The notes under the pieces: generated by a model | Seen by the model: only the letters and a program-made list of their open reading frames with translations | Told to the model about the DNA's origin: nothing | The model's database searches: none | Position numbers and translations under genes: made by a program | Shown here: piece by piece, positions 45,186-56,890 of the stretch | Numbering within the stretch: position 1 is the stretch's first letter | Layout: each line of letters opens with the position of its first letter | Origin: the human T2T-CHM13v2.0 reference genome, Homo sapiens | Direction: 5' to 3' (one strand) | NCBI RefSeq assembly: GCF_009914755.1 | Contig: NC_060928.1 | Length of the DNA: 64,000 nt

Positions 45186-45481
45186 TTTTTTTTTTTTTTT
45201 TTTTTTTTTGAGACGGAGTCTCGCTCTGTCACCCAGGCTGGAGTGCAGTGGCGCAGTCTCGGCTCACTGCAAGCTCCGCCTCCCGGGTTCACGCCATTCT
45301 CCTGCCTCAGCCTCTCCGAGTAGCTGGGACTACAGGTGCCCGCCACCACGCCCGGCTAATTTTTTTTGTATTTTTAGTAGAGACGGGGTTTCACCGTGGT
45401 CTCACTCTCCTGACTTCGTGATCCACCCGCCTCGGCCTCCCAAAGTGCTGGGATTACATGCGTGAGCCACCGCGCCCGGCC
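45186..45481 (-). mobile_element. AluY with 12 bp left-arm deletion (AluYd/Yc3-type)
   Basis: AluY diagnostics (GCAAGCTCCGCC, CACGCCATTC); reads GAGACCACGGTGAAACCCC in sense; TSD TGATTTGTCAAGCACTTT (45170) / TGATTTGTCAAGTACTTT (45482). Confidence 0.9.
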
Positions 45482-46013
45482 TGATTTGTCAAGTACTTTT
45501 AAGTCCCTAAAGCATATATGCTCAATGAAGACAGGGACTTGTACGCTTTGTCAATGCTTATATTTCCAATACCTAGAACACAGAAGGCATTTACTGAATA
45601 TTTATTACTTACCTAATATAGAACATAGAAAGCACTTACCTAATATTTATTACTGCACTATGCACATAATAGATGCCCCATTAATATTTGCTAAATGAAT
45701 TACCATATGTCCTTGCAATGCACTTCTTTCAATTTATAAATTTGGGTCAAGTGGATTTTTTTTTCTAATTTCCCTCTCTTTACTAATTATCACAAGAGGA
45801 CAAGGAGAGAGCTGTGGAAATGTTCATTTTATGAATTCACCTTAAAGGCTAGAACTTTCAGATAAATTTAATCAACACTGTTATTCTTTAAAATAACAAT
45901 TCTTATTTTCACAAAGTAAATAAAATTTCTCTCCACATTGAGTGTAATATATGAATGAGACATCTGAGAAGAAATGGAAATAACATATTTGCTGAAACCC
46001 AGGTTGATTAAAG

Positions 46014-47299
46014 TTAGGTGAGTGCAAAAGTAATTGCAATTTTTGCATTGTTAGAATTTGCCATTTGATATTGTTGTACATTCTTAAACAAATGTGGTTA
46101 TGTTATATATCATTTTAATGGGCATTTCTTGTTTTATGTTTTTTTGTGAATGACTTAGTACTTGCTGTTTATGTTTATTTTAGACTATGGAAATGATGTT
46201 AGACAAAAAGGAAATTCAAGCGATTTTCTTATTCTGGTTCAAAATGGGTAGTGAAGCAGCTGAGACAACTCACATCAACAACGCATTTGGCCCAGGAACT
46301 GCTAACAAATGTACGGTGCAGTGGTGGTTCAAGACATTTTGCAAAGGAGACAACAGCCTCAAAGATGAGGAGTGAGTGGCCGGCCATCGGAAGTTGACAA
46401 CAACCAATTGAGAGCAATCACAGAAGTTGATCCTCTTACAACTACACGAGAAGTTGCCGAAGAACTCAACAATGACCATTCTGCAGTCGTTCGGCATTTG
46501 AAGCAAATTGGAAAGGTTTTGAAAAAGCTCTATAAGTGGGTGCCTCATGAACTGAGCAAAACTAAAAAAAAAAAAAAAAAAAAAAAAAACACTTTGAAGT
46601 GTCATCTTTTTTTATTCTACACAACACAGAGCCATTTCTCCATCCAGTTGTGATGTGCAGCAAAAAGTGGACTTTATACAACAACTGGCGACTACCAACT
46701 CAGTGGTTGGGCCGGGAAGAAGCCCCAAAGCCCTTTCTAAAGCTAAACTTGCACAAAAAAAAGTGATAGTCACTGTTTGGTGGTCTGCTGCCAGTCCGAT
46801 CCACTACAGATTTCTGAATCCTGGTGAAACCATTACATCTGAGAAGTATGCTCAGCAAATCGAGGAGATGCACCAAAAACTGCAACACCTGAAGCCAACA
46901 TTGGTCAACAGAAAGGGCCCAATTCTTCTCCATGGCAACACCTGACCGCACATCAGTTCTTCTTCAAAAGTTGCATGAATTGGGCTACGTAGTTTTGCTT
47001 CATCTGTCATATTCACCTGACCTGTCACCAACTGACTACCACTCTTCAAGAATCTCGACAACTTTTTTTTAGGGAAAATGCTTCCACAACCAGCAGGGTG
47101 CAGAAAATGCTTTCCAAGAGTTTGTCAAATCCCAGAGCATGGATTTTTACCCTAAAGAATTAAACAAACTTATTTCTCATCAGCAAAAGTATGTTGATTG
47201 TAATGGTTCCTATTTTGATTAATGAAGATGTGTTTGAGCCTAGTTATAATGATTTAAAATTCATGGTGTGTAACCACAATTACTTTTGCACCAACCTAA
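46014..47299 (+). mobile_element. Full-length Hsmar1 mariner transposon (~1286 bp)
   Basis: TIRs TTAGGTGAGTGCAAAAGTAATTGC (46014) and CAATTACTTTTGCACCAACCTAA (to 47299), followed by TA. Confidence 0.96.
46187..47222 (+). pseudogene. Hsmar1 transposase pseudogene
   Basis: MEMMLDKK..., WVPHEL, YSPDLSPTDY, ends NGSYFD*; several frameshifts and stops; first two catalytic Asp lost (CDEKW>CSKKW, HDNA>HGNT). Confidence 0.95.
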
Positions 47300-47337
47300 T
47301 ATTACTTTTTTTTAAAGAAGTATTTACTTAGGTGTGA

Positions 47338-47490
47338 TTTTTTTGTTATTTGTTTTGTTTTGTTTTTGACAGCCTCTGTTGCCCACACTGGAATGCAATG
47401 CTGTGATGCAAGCTCACCGCAGTCTCGAACTCTTGGACTCAAGCCATCAGCTCGCCTCTGCCTCTTGTGTAGCTAGGACCACAAGCATGA
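47338..47490 (-). mobile_element. Degraded Alu monomer (AluJ/FRAM-like)
   Basis: (GTTTT)n tail, CTCTGTTGCCCACACTGGAATGCAATG...GCTCACCGCAGTCTCGAACTC. Confidence 0.65.
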
Positions 47491-48389
47491 ATGAGTACAA
47501 CTTGCCCCTACATTTATTACTTGAATGATTTTCTCAAGCTAGCCATGCCAACAGGCTTTGTTAGTACCATTTTATAGAAAAACGTGGGATTCAGTGTTTT
47601 GCTCAGAGTAATTGATGAAATTGGTGGAAAAGCTACCTGGGCTCAATCTAGCTTAAAGTTCTATGCCCTTTGCATTATGTTCCTATTCTTTCTACAAATA
47701 ACGTTATGATTCTAAAAAGTTCAGGGAGATGGGCAAATAGGTTTGCCTTAATCTTAAGAACCTGCTACGTGCTGGTGGTCCATCAGTGAACAAAATGGAC
47801 AAAGGTTGTGCTCTTTTAATCAAGTTATAGATGAAACAAACTTAAAAGCCAGTGCTGGAGATAAGAGATGATTAAGCAAACACAAAAATAAACATATCAT
47901 TAACCTTGGGTGGATCACAATGGAGGAAATGACCAATGCAAGAATAGAAAACAACACAGGGGCCTGCTTAGACAATGAGCATCCTGTCAGTCATAGTCCC
48001 TGTACAACTCTGAACAAGCAAAATGTGAGAATTAAACATTGTATCCACTTCCTGCTCTCAAGTTAGTTACATTTTGAAAAAATTATCAAGATTCTTTCAT
48101 ATTCAGTTTCTTTATCAGAAAGATAGAATTCATCTTTTGAAGATATTTTGAGGTTAGATAATTTTGGTTGTGAAAATGCTACACACTCAGACACACATTA
48201 GGGCTTTATTATAAATGGTTAAAACACGACCTACAGAAACTAGGCAAAGTACTCAAAATATAAAGATAAATAAGTTGAAATTCTTACTCTTGGTTAAAGG
48301 GTAAAACATATCCATAATTAGAAAATTACATTCTGCCAAGTAAAATATAGATAAACATAGAGGAGAAACATCTAACACATTAAACCTTA

Positions 48390-48433
48390 CTGGAGGATAT
48401 GACATTCCTCCCTGGAGGATATGACATTCCTCC
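48390..48433. repeat. Perfect 22 bp tandem duplication
   Basis: CTGGAGGATATGACATTCCTCC x2. Confidence 0.95.
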
Positions 48434-49959
48434 AACGTGGCAAAAAGATTCCTGGTAGAACAGCAGAGACAGAAAGATGGAGATGGGACACAGCATTGGT
48501 TTCTGGAAGTTAAGTGTGGACCAGTGCTGGAAGTACTTGGAAGAAGTAAAAGGGATGGATAATGGACAACTTTTCACGCTTCCCTGTTATCTCATTTAAT
48601 TTTCTCCACTTATAAGAAGACCAGCTTCACATGTTATCATGGCTATTTCACAGATTAGAAAACTTTTGAGCAACAGTAACAACAATAAAAAAGAACACTA
48701 GATTCTAAGAAGATAGATCTGAATACTTCAGATTAAAGAGTAAATAACTGGAGGTGAGGTTGAGAATGGGAAGAAAGCAGAAATACAAAATAATAGAGTG
48801 ATGATCACATCCCATGGAAAAGGAGAGAGACTGGGCTGATGGCCGGAGAGGTATATGGTCAAGGGAGATATTTTGCTTTATTTCATTTACATATGTCTTT
48901 ATACTGAAGCTTAAAGCAAGGAGGAAATAGAAGGTACTGAAGAAAAATAATGATTAGGAGAAGAGACTAGAAAATAAGAGAGGTAAGGAGCAGAGGTGAA
49001 GTTATTACCCTTAATGCTAATAAGTTCGTCAGTGTGTATTAAGTATTTACTATGTATGAGAATCTGTTGTAAGTGCATTAACATGTTTATGAGGTATATA
49101 CCATTTTTACACAACTTTAAAAAAGAGAAAACTAATGTACAGTAAAGGTAAAATAATTGTCTCAATATTACTGAGCTGGTTAATGCTGTAAATGGGACTC
49201 AATCACACACCACTAAGCTCTATGAAAGTAAAGGAAGAAAAATATTACTCAGTTTGTAATTTGTGACATTGCCATGACCACACACTATATATAATATTCG
49301 TTCATCAAATCTAGATACTATAGTGACATAGTTTAGATCTAATTAACAAGAGTGTGTTGAAAGCAAAATCTTATTTCCTAAAGTACAATCCCTGTTAATT
49401 TTTGTTTTCCTAGCAGAATGAGACAAAGGAAAAGCTAAGATGATTTTTTAAGCACTTCAGTTCTTTCCTCCCAATATATGACTATTTCTATCAAATACAA
49501 AGATGTTACGCAATTTGAAAAATATTTTTCAGTTTTGGCATATATCTGCAAAAAGGATGTTATCTTCAAGAATCATACGTCTTTTGAAAAATGTTTCCAA
49601 GTGATTGTTCCTGATGCTGCTCTGATCAAAAATCAGGTTTGGATGAATGAAAAGGTTGGTTTCTTTAAACTCAATAAATGTATCCAAATGTTCTGCTCTC
49701 TGTCTCTTACTCATGAGGAATCTCGCTAATTTGAGTCCATCTGAATATTTAGAAACTGGAAGTTATCTGTTAGTGTACTGAATTATTTTCAGAAGACTGC
49801 TGAATTAAATTATTTAGTAAACCTGATATTATATCAATTAACTATTCAACTAGAATATTAATCCAATCCTTGCTATTTTATTAGTGAGTGCTTATAATTT
49901 ATTGATCACTAATAATATTATCATGAAATTGTTTTTAAGCACAATTAGGATAAGTTGAA

Positions 49960-51750
49960 ACATATAGGACCTCTTTTCTGGCCATAATAGAATAACACAG
50001 TCCAAATTTTTTCATTTCACATGTTCTGCTAGAAAGTATATAAAACAATCATTTTCAGACATTTTGCAATAGGCAGCAAGGTTCTGTGGTTGCTCAGAGA
50101 AGGAAAACAACAAGGTAGTCCTTTAGATCACCTGGCATTCTGACTGGAGGCACACCTTGGACCACAGAGCAATAGGAAATAAGGCAAGCATAGCATTCGG
50201 GCCTCACTGAATTTAAAGTTACAGAATTTAAAGTTTAAGGAGACCAAAGTTGCTGAGTGCTGCAGTTTTAGAAACAAAAGAGTTAAACAGAAAAAGAGCT
50301 CCAGAAATCTATAGAGAAATACTTGCTTGTTGGACACCAAGGGCAAGATTCCATGAAGTAGGGCAAACAGCATGGAGGAACCGTGAGCAAAGTGGTTTCC
50401 ATAGTCAATTCAGTGCTAGAAAATGTTTGGGTGTCGACCAGCCTGAGTAACAAGTATTCACTGATTACTCAGGACATTCATGAGAGACTCCAGAAGAACC
50501 AGGCCTTTTCAGTGAAAGTAAACAACTTACGGAATAAAGACGAGTGTAGATCTGCTCTGACAATGATTAAAGGTAAGCCTAAAAAGATCACACTAAACTG
50601 GAACTAATTAAGAGTCTGCCAGAACAAAGCCCAATCCTCATACAATAAAAACAATAAATTTCAGACAATTCACAACAAAATATCACAATATCCAGAATCC
50701 AGTCAAAATTACTAGACATGTAAAGAAGCAAAATTAAGTAAATCACGACAAGGAGAAAAAAAACAATAGAAGCAGACAAGGAACTGAGGAAGAACATGAA
50801 TTCAGAGATAAAGATTTTTAAATAGCTATAAAGTTTTGTTACTATATTATGTTAATTAAAGAAGAGGGAGGAACAAGAAAACACCAAAAAAAAAAAAAAC
50901 CCAAATACAACTGCTAGAAATGAAAATATATAATGTATGAAATAAATAGTGGGATTTAAAAAAGTAAGAAGGGACTAATATGAGATCAGGCATGGCAGAA
51001 GAAAATATTAGTAAACTTGAAAAAATAGCAATACAAATTATGTTAAAAAGACCACAGGGAGAGTAAAAGGTTTTAAAATATCAACAGGGCATCTGTTAGC
51101 AATAGAATAATATCAAATACCCTTATATACAATAAAACTGGAGTTCGAAAAGAAGGGGATGTGAAATAGAATTATTTTAAAATAAATAGCCAACTATTTT
51201 CCTAATTTAATGGAATTTATAAACCTATGCTTCTATGAGAAACTCAATGAACCTCAACTGGGATAAATACAAAGAAAATCATACCAATTCATAGTGATCA
51301 AATTGCACAAAATTGTTCACAGAAATAAAATTTTATGAGAAGCCAGATACATAATCTGTATTTGCATAAAATACAAATAAGCAGTCATAAGAAACTATGA
51401 AAGCCAGAAAAAAAATAAGATAGCTTTAAATTGGTGTATGAAATATTTTCAAGTTAGAATTCTGTATTCAGTTTGTGTGCTGAAGATTAAAGACCCCCAC
51501 CCACACCCCAGCACACACATATATTGCTGAGAAGACATCCCCATAAAAAGATTAAATAAAAAATTTCAGAAATAACTGAAATGTATATCGTCAATTTGTT
51601 GTTGACAAAAATATCAAGTAGAAAAATGAAATAAGAATGAGACTTTTTTCAATACATGGTGTTGAAACAACTGAATATGCATCCATGTGTAGGGAAAAAC
51701 ACCTACCCATCCACACTCATGTGACATATAAAGAAATCTCAATAGATGCT
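49960..51750 (+). mobile_element. Ancient L1M (L1ME/MC-type) 5'UTR-ORF1 remnant plus short ORF2 piece
   Basis: CAAAATTACTAGACATGTAAAGAAGCA, GCAGAAGAAAATATTAGTAAACTTGAA, TTTTTCAATACATGGTGTTGAAACAACTG. Confidence 0.6.
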
Positions 51751-54700
51751 AGTTATCTTCATTATTTTTTCTAACATGTACAATTGGAATAATGGTATTA
51801 GTTCAACTGATCAGTCTAACTTCAGTGATGGCAGGCAGGATGTGGCTAAGTGGGTCAGTGAGGAAGGGGAGAGAATTGTTTATGAGATGAATACTGGGAA
51901 TGCCATTGTAATGCTGTTTAATTTATTTTTTAATTTAGGAAAGAAGACATATTGATCTACTTTTAGCTCAGAATTCATGCAAGAAATAAGTTTTTGTACT
52001 AAAATGGTTTTAAAGTGCCCCTCTCTCTGCTAGAGTGAACAGAGAATGCTGAAAGCCACAAGAAAAGGCATTCACCAAAGAGAACAGAGCCAGGAGAGAG
52101 CCTCTGGGAAAGAGAAGGCTTTAGAGACATCGTTTTAACTTGGCAGTAAAGCAAACAAGCAACATAGCCACAGGACTGTTGGAGTGCGACAATGTTTTCT
52201 CTAGAAATAAACACTCAAGTCTTAAGGATTTGTTTTGAGCAAATGCATAAGAAATAAAACTTTTATTTGAAAAGTAATATGCATGTGTATGTGTGTATAG
52301 AGTGTGCCAGGAGAAAAACAGCATCATGAAACACTCTAAGGGTAAATACAAAAAATAAAAAATGATTTTGTTACTTTTATTATGACATCTGAAACATCAC
52401 TTTCAAACCTTTCAACATAGGTGATGTATCCATCCTACAGTGTCCATGAGCCTTATTTTATTCCTTAGTAAAATAAATCCATCGGATAAAAGGGTCTCTT
52501 TAGTTCATCCTAGATTTAGTGGTCGCTATAGCATCTCCCCTTTACTCTGGAAAAAAAATATATATGATCCATTTTCTTTGGAAAGCTTAACCCAATCTCT
52601 ACAGCACCCTTGACATGAAAAAGAAATGCTATATTGGTTATTTTTGCTTAAAAAAAGGGTTTGTTTAGCATGGAAAAATCTTTGCAGCTTGTGGGGCGAT
52701 GATCAAGAGAGACAAAATTTTATAATCTCCCTTACAGAGCTCTTCATGGCTGCTATGATCACATATTAAAAGTCCCCCTTACAAAGGCATCTGCCAGATG
52801 TTTCATGTGACCCTGACTTTCCTAAGGAAAGAGTGAGGCCATATGAGCTAGATGCCAACCTCATCTAATTCGTTGAAACATAATTCATTTCCAATCAGGA
52901 TATTAGATGAGAGAGGAAAGAGTGTTTTTATAGACTGCAGAGAAGTAATAGTGGAGGAAATAACTTGAAATAGACTGAGAATTATTTTTGGTCCTAGGAG
53001 ACTTGGAAGTGAAATATGAGTTCCTTGAAATTGCCCTCAGGTCTTTAGCCTTCTTTAAAGTGTTCTATGGTTCACCAGAAATCCCACTCCTTTTCTTACA
53101 ACAACTACTAACAATACTACTAGGGTCAGCTTTAGGGCTTTTAGATGTGTTTATAAACACCTGTTAACTGTTGTTCACATGGGGAAACATGGTTCTTCAC
53201 TGGCTAGCAATAATACTTGTTCATCAAAAAGGGCACATATTGCATAAGGCACTGTGGCTACTCATGTGTATTGGTGAACCATCTTCTGGAGCAAAATGCC
53301 CTGGTTATCATAGATACCCAGGTAGACTTAGAGCAGTTTACTCCAGACCATGACAACAACTTCTCCCATGTTCCTTTTAATTTCTTCTAAACTGACTGGG
53401 TTTCTTCTGCCTTGAAACCTGATCAGACCTCCCACCTTTTGAAAAGTATGAGATTTCTTTAATAGAATTACCCTTCAGGATTTTATTCTGAAAGAAAATT
53501 ACACTGTGCCAACTTCTCTCATTTTGTATTGTAAAATTAGGTTAACAGACTCTTTGTTATTAGCCTCAAAGAAGAAATAAGTCACAGGTGGATCTTAAAG
53601 AGAAAACTAGGGTGGGGAGAGTCAATCCTTTCCCTATATTCCACTCACGGCCCTGGAAATAAATGTGTTTTTACAAGCCACGAGCTTCCAAATGGAGAAT
53701 AGAGACACTAAAGGGGCATCTAAAGGTTGCTATTCCAATTGAGCTGTGGGCAAATGTCACAGAAGGTCTAGGAATCAGGGTCGGGGGCAGGAATTGAGGG
53801 CAACTCAGTTTCTAGATGTCAGGACATAAGCCACGAAGAACCTAGTACAGAAGACAGCAGAGTTAGAGTCATGGATGAAAGTCAAGGTCCAAATCTGGTA
53901 ATATAAAGAAAGATAAAGTAAGAATCAGGCCTGGAACAGTCAGCCAGTCTTGGCTGGGAAGGAAGAAGTAAATTTTGGTCTAAATTAATTTAGGAAAAAA
54001 GTTTCAATTGACAAGGAATTTATTTAAAGGTCCAGGCACCCAGATGCTTGGATAAGCATCAGATTATCTCCAAATGCGCTGTCTCTGGCTCACACTAGAT
54101 CTGTTACAGGGCTTGCTTTCAGAATCAGTATCTTCCCATCAAGAGGGTGTTTTCCTGACTCATGACTCAGCTCCTCCACTAGTCTTAACTAGCTGTTTTG
54201 CAAAGTGAGTATACACAACTACAGAGTTCCTTCCTCATCAACTGATATAATTGTACTCATATCTGCAAATGGTCCATCAATTCACATGCCAGTGTATTCT
54301 GTGAATGTCCCTAGCTCAGAGACTTTTAGAAAAATATAGAAACACAACGTGATTTTCACATCTTTGCTCCTACCTGAAGAATGACTGGTAACACAGATAA
54401 ATCTTCAGATTCCTCACAACTGCATCAGAATGATTTCAAGAAGTGTTTGAGACCTTTTTGCATCTCAGTTCTGTGTTCAGTCATTACAGGAGACATTCAA
54501 TGCTTTCCCTTAGGTCAGGCCCCTGGGCCCCTCATCTATAACACTGAAGTTAAACAGGAATTTTTCTTGCTAAAGACTTAACATAGATTTTAGTGAGAAT
54601 GATCTGTGGTTTTTATCACATTTTCTTCCCAGATCAGAGGTTTCCAGAATGTGGATATGGTAAAAAGTAAAGGGTTGTTGGGGGTGGATGAGAATCATGA

Positions 54701-56139
54701 CAAGCTCCTACTCTTTGTTCACTGGCCTCCTATGTTAGACTCTGCTTTCGCAAATCCAATTTCCTCCTCCCTTAGTAAAGTTATATCTGTGCAAATCTCA
54801 GATCTCCTACATACAGACTCACAGCAAGAATTGCCAGTGGCAAGCCAAGAGATGCCTCAATTCCAGAATAAATGGAGTTTTATGAAAAAGTATCATAGAA
54901 CCTATGGCATATAGAATCATTGGTGTTCTCAAGTATCATAATAGACATACAAATATAAATTTTTTTTAAGGTTTGGAAAGGCTGAAGCACTAAATCTTGT
55001 TTTCAAAATTCACTTAAAGTCTTAAAATTTCCAAATTTTTATTCATAGAGTAAGCAGCAACAAAATATCTTGAGGCTTTCTGGGACATAGATGTCTTTTC
55101 TAAACTGTTTATCTCTCCACACACCAGGGTGGCCTTAAGCTCCCTTAATCCTGTCATAACATTTCCCCTAGAAACCGTTAAATAAATCAAGCATCACTTA
55201 TTTATTCTATGAAGACATATTCCTTATCTTCCTTTTGTTGAATTTTCAGTTTCATTTATCTATTATACATTTATATATTTATCTACCTATCATCTATTCA
55301 TCATCTATATTCTGTGCTGGGAAACCCAAAAATGAATCCCAGCACTAATACTGCAGCCTGACACTCATAGTGCCACAAGGTTTTGAGCTCCTGCCATGTA
55401 CATGTGTTGGTTGGTTCTCACAACATTCTGAGATGGATATTACTATCCTCATTTTGCTATGAGAAAACAGAAGCTCAGAAAGGTTAAGCAACTTGTCCAA
55501 GACCACACAGCTTTCAAGAAGCACAGGCAAATTTTGAAGCCAGGTTTGTCTCCAAAGCTAGTGCCTTTTCCATTATTACACTGCCACTTAGCTCTTTGCG
55601 CCTCCCTTTACCTTTCCTTGGGGCAAATAATGCTAATATCATAGGATGGTTTTGTGAATTAATTACAAAATGTGAATGTACCTGGTACAAAGTCTTAGGA
55701 GCCTTAGGTACATTAGGGCCCAAATACTATCTTCACTTTAATTTATCCCATTGTTTTTAAAGTTTACCTTTTTTTTCAGTTGAAATTAATCTATTAAAGT
55801 CTGCAGGGAGCTTATCCTCTAGAAGCGCTTAGGATACTGTGGGGAAAGGGAAAGGCATTGTTGTTTCTCAGAGCCCTCAAAAAGATGCTGAAGGTGATAA
55901 AAACAAGGAGGCGGGATTCTGAAGGAAGAACTAAGGAAAAGAGAAGTTTGTAAATGAGACTGAAAAATGTGGACGAAACTAGGAGGAAAAACATTAGATA
56001 AAATATTACAAAAACAAGGAAGAAAATATTTTGAAAAAGACCTCAAATCATTTAAAAGCAGTATATCATAGATAATTACAAGAGCTACGATTATATGACT
56101 CTTTATGTGCCAGCCCCATTGTGATATATATACACACAC

Positions 56140-56255
56140 ACATAATATATAAATATATATTATAAATATAATTAAATTAAATTATATATAATATAGCATT
56201 ATATAGAATATATATCATTTATGTATTTTATATATAATATTATAATATATATACA
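56140..56255. repeat. AT-rich low-complexity (TA)n-like tract
   Basis: Read directly. Confidence 0.8.
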
Positions 56256-56367
56256 TGTATTTAAAATCATTACATTGCTCACAACAATGTACAAAATAGA
56301 TACTATTGTTATTCCCATTTTACAGAATAGGGATTTGAATATTAGAAAGATTGGCACCCAAAGTCAT

Positions 56368-56890
56368 TATATCAGTTTTCTATGCTATGTAACAATATTA
56401 CTACAATCTTAGCAGCTCAAATAAAACATGATCTTACCATTTTTGAGGGTCAGAAGTTTAGCCATAGCCTAGGTGGATCCTTTGCTTACAGCTTCACCAG
56501 GCTATATTCACAGTTTAGGCAGGGCTGTATTCTCATCTGGAGGTTCGAGTGAGGAAGACAGCTTCCCAGCTCACTCAGTTCCTTGATGGTTATTGGCTGT
56601 GGGCTGCCTGCAGTTTCTAGAGTCCATCCACAGTTCCTTGCCATATGGACATTCTCAAAATGGTCATTTACTTCATCAAACCCACTAGAATAATCTCTGG
56701 AGTGAGTCTGCTAGCAAGCCAGTCTTATACAATGTAATGTCATCTTGGGAGTGACAAATCATAATCTTTGACATATTACATTGGTTAGAAATAAATCACA
56801 GGTTCTACTCACACTCAAGAGAAGATTACATAGGGGCATGAATAGCAGAAGGCAGGAATCATTGGTGGTGGCTTGAGGGTCTGCATACTA
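56368..56890 (-). mobile_element. MLT1D-like MaLR solo LTR inserted into a MIR
   Basis: TATCAGTTTTCTATGCTATGTAACAA...GGGTCAGAAGT...TTGGTTAGAAATAAATCACAGGT; candidate 5 bp TSD GTCAT/GTCAC; MIR (ATTCCCATTTTACAGA...CCCAAAGTCA|CCCAGCTA) resumes across it. Confidence 0.75.

Noticed and set aside
49395-49430. Splice-acceptor-like tract (TTTTTGTTTTCCTAGCAG) and a 17 bp match CAGAATGAGACAAAGGA to 11789-11805
   Set aside because: No supported exon follows; one 17-mer match within 64 kb of AT-rich DNA is plausible by chance
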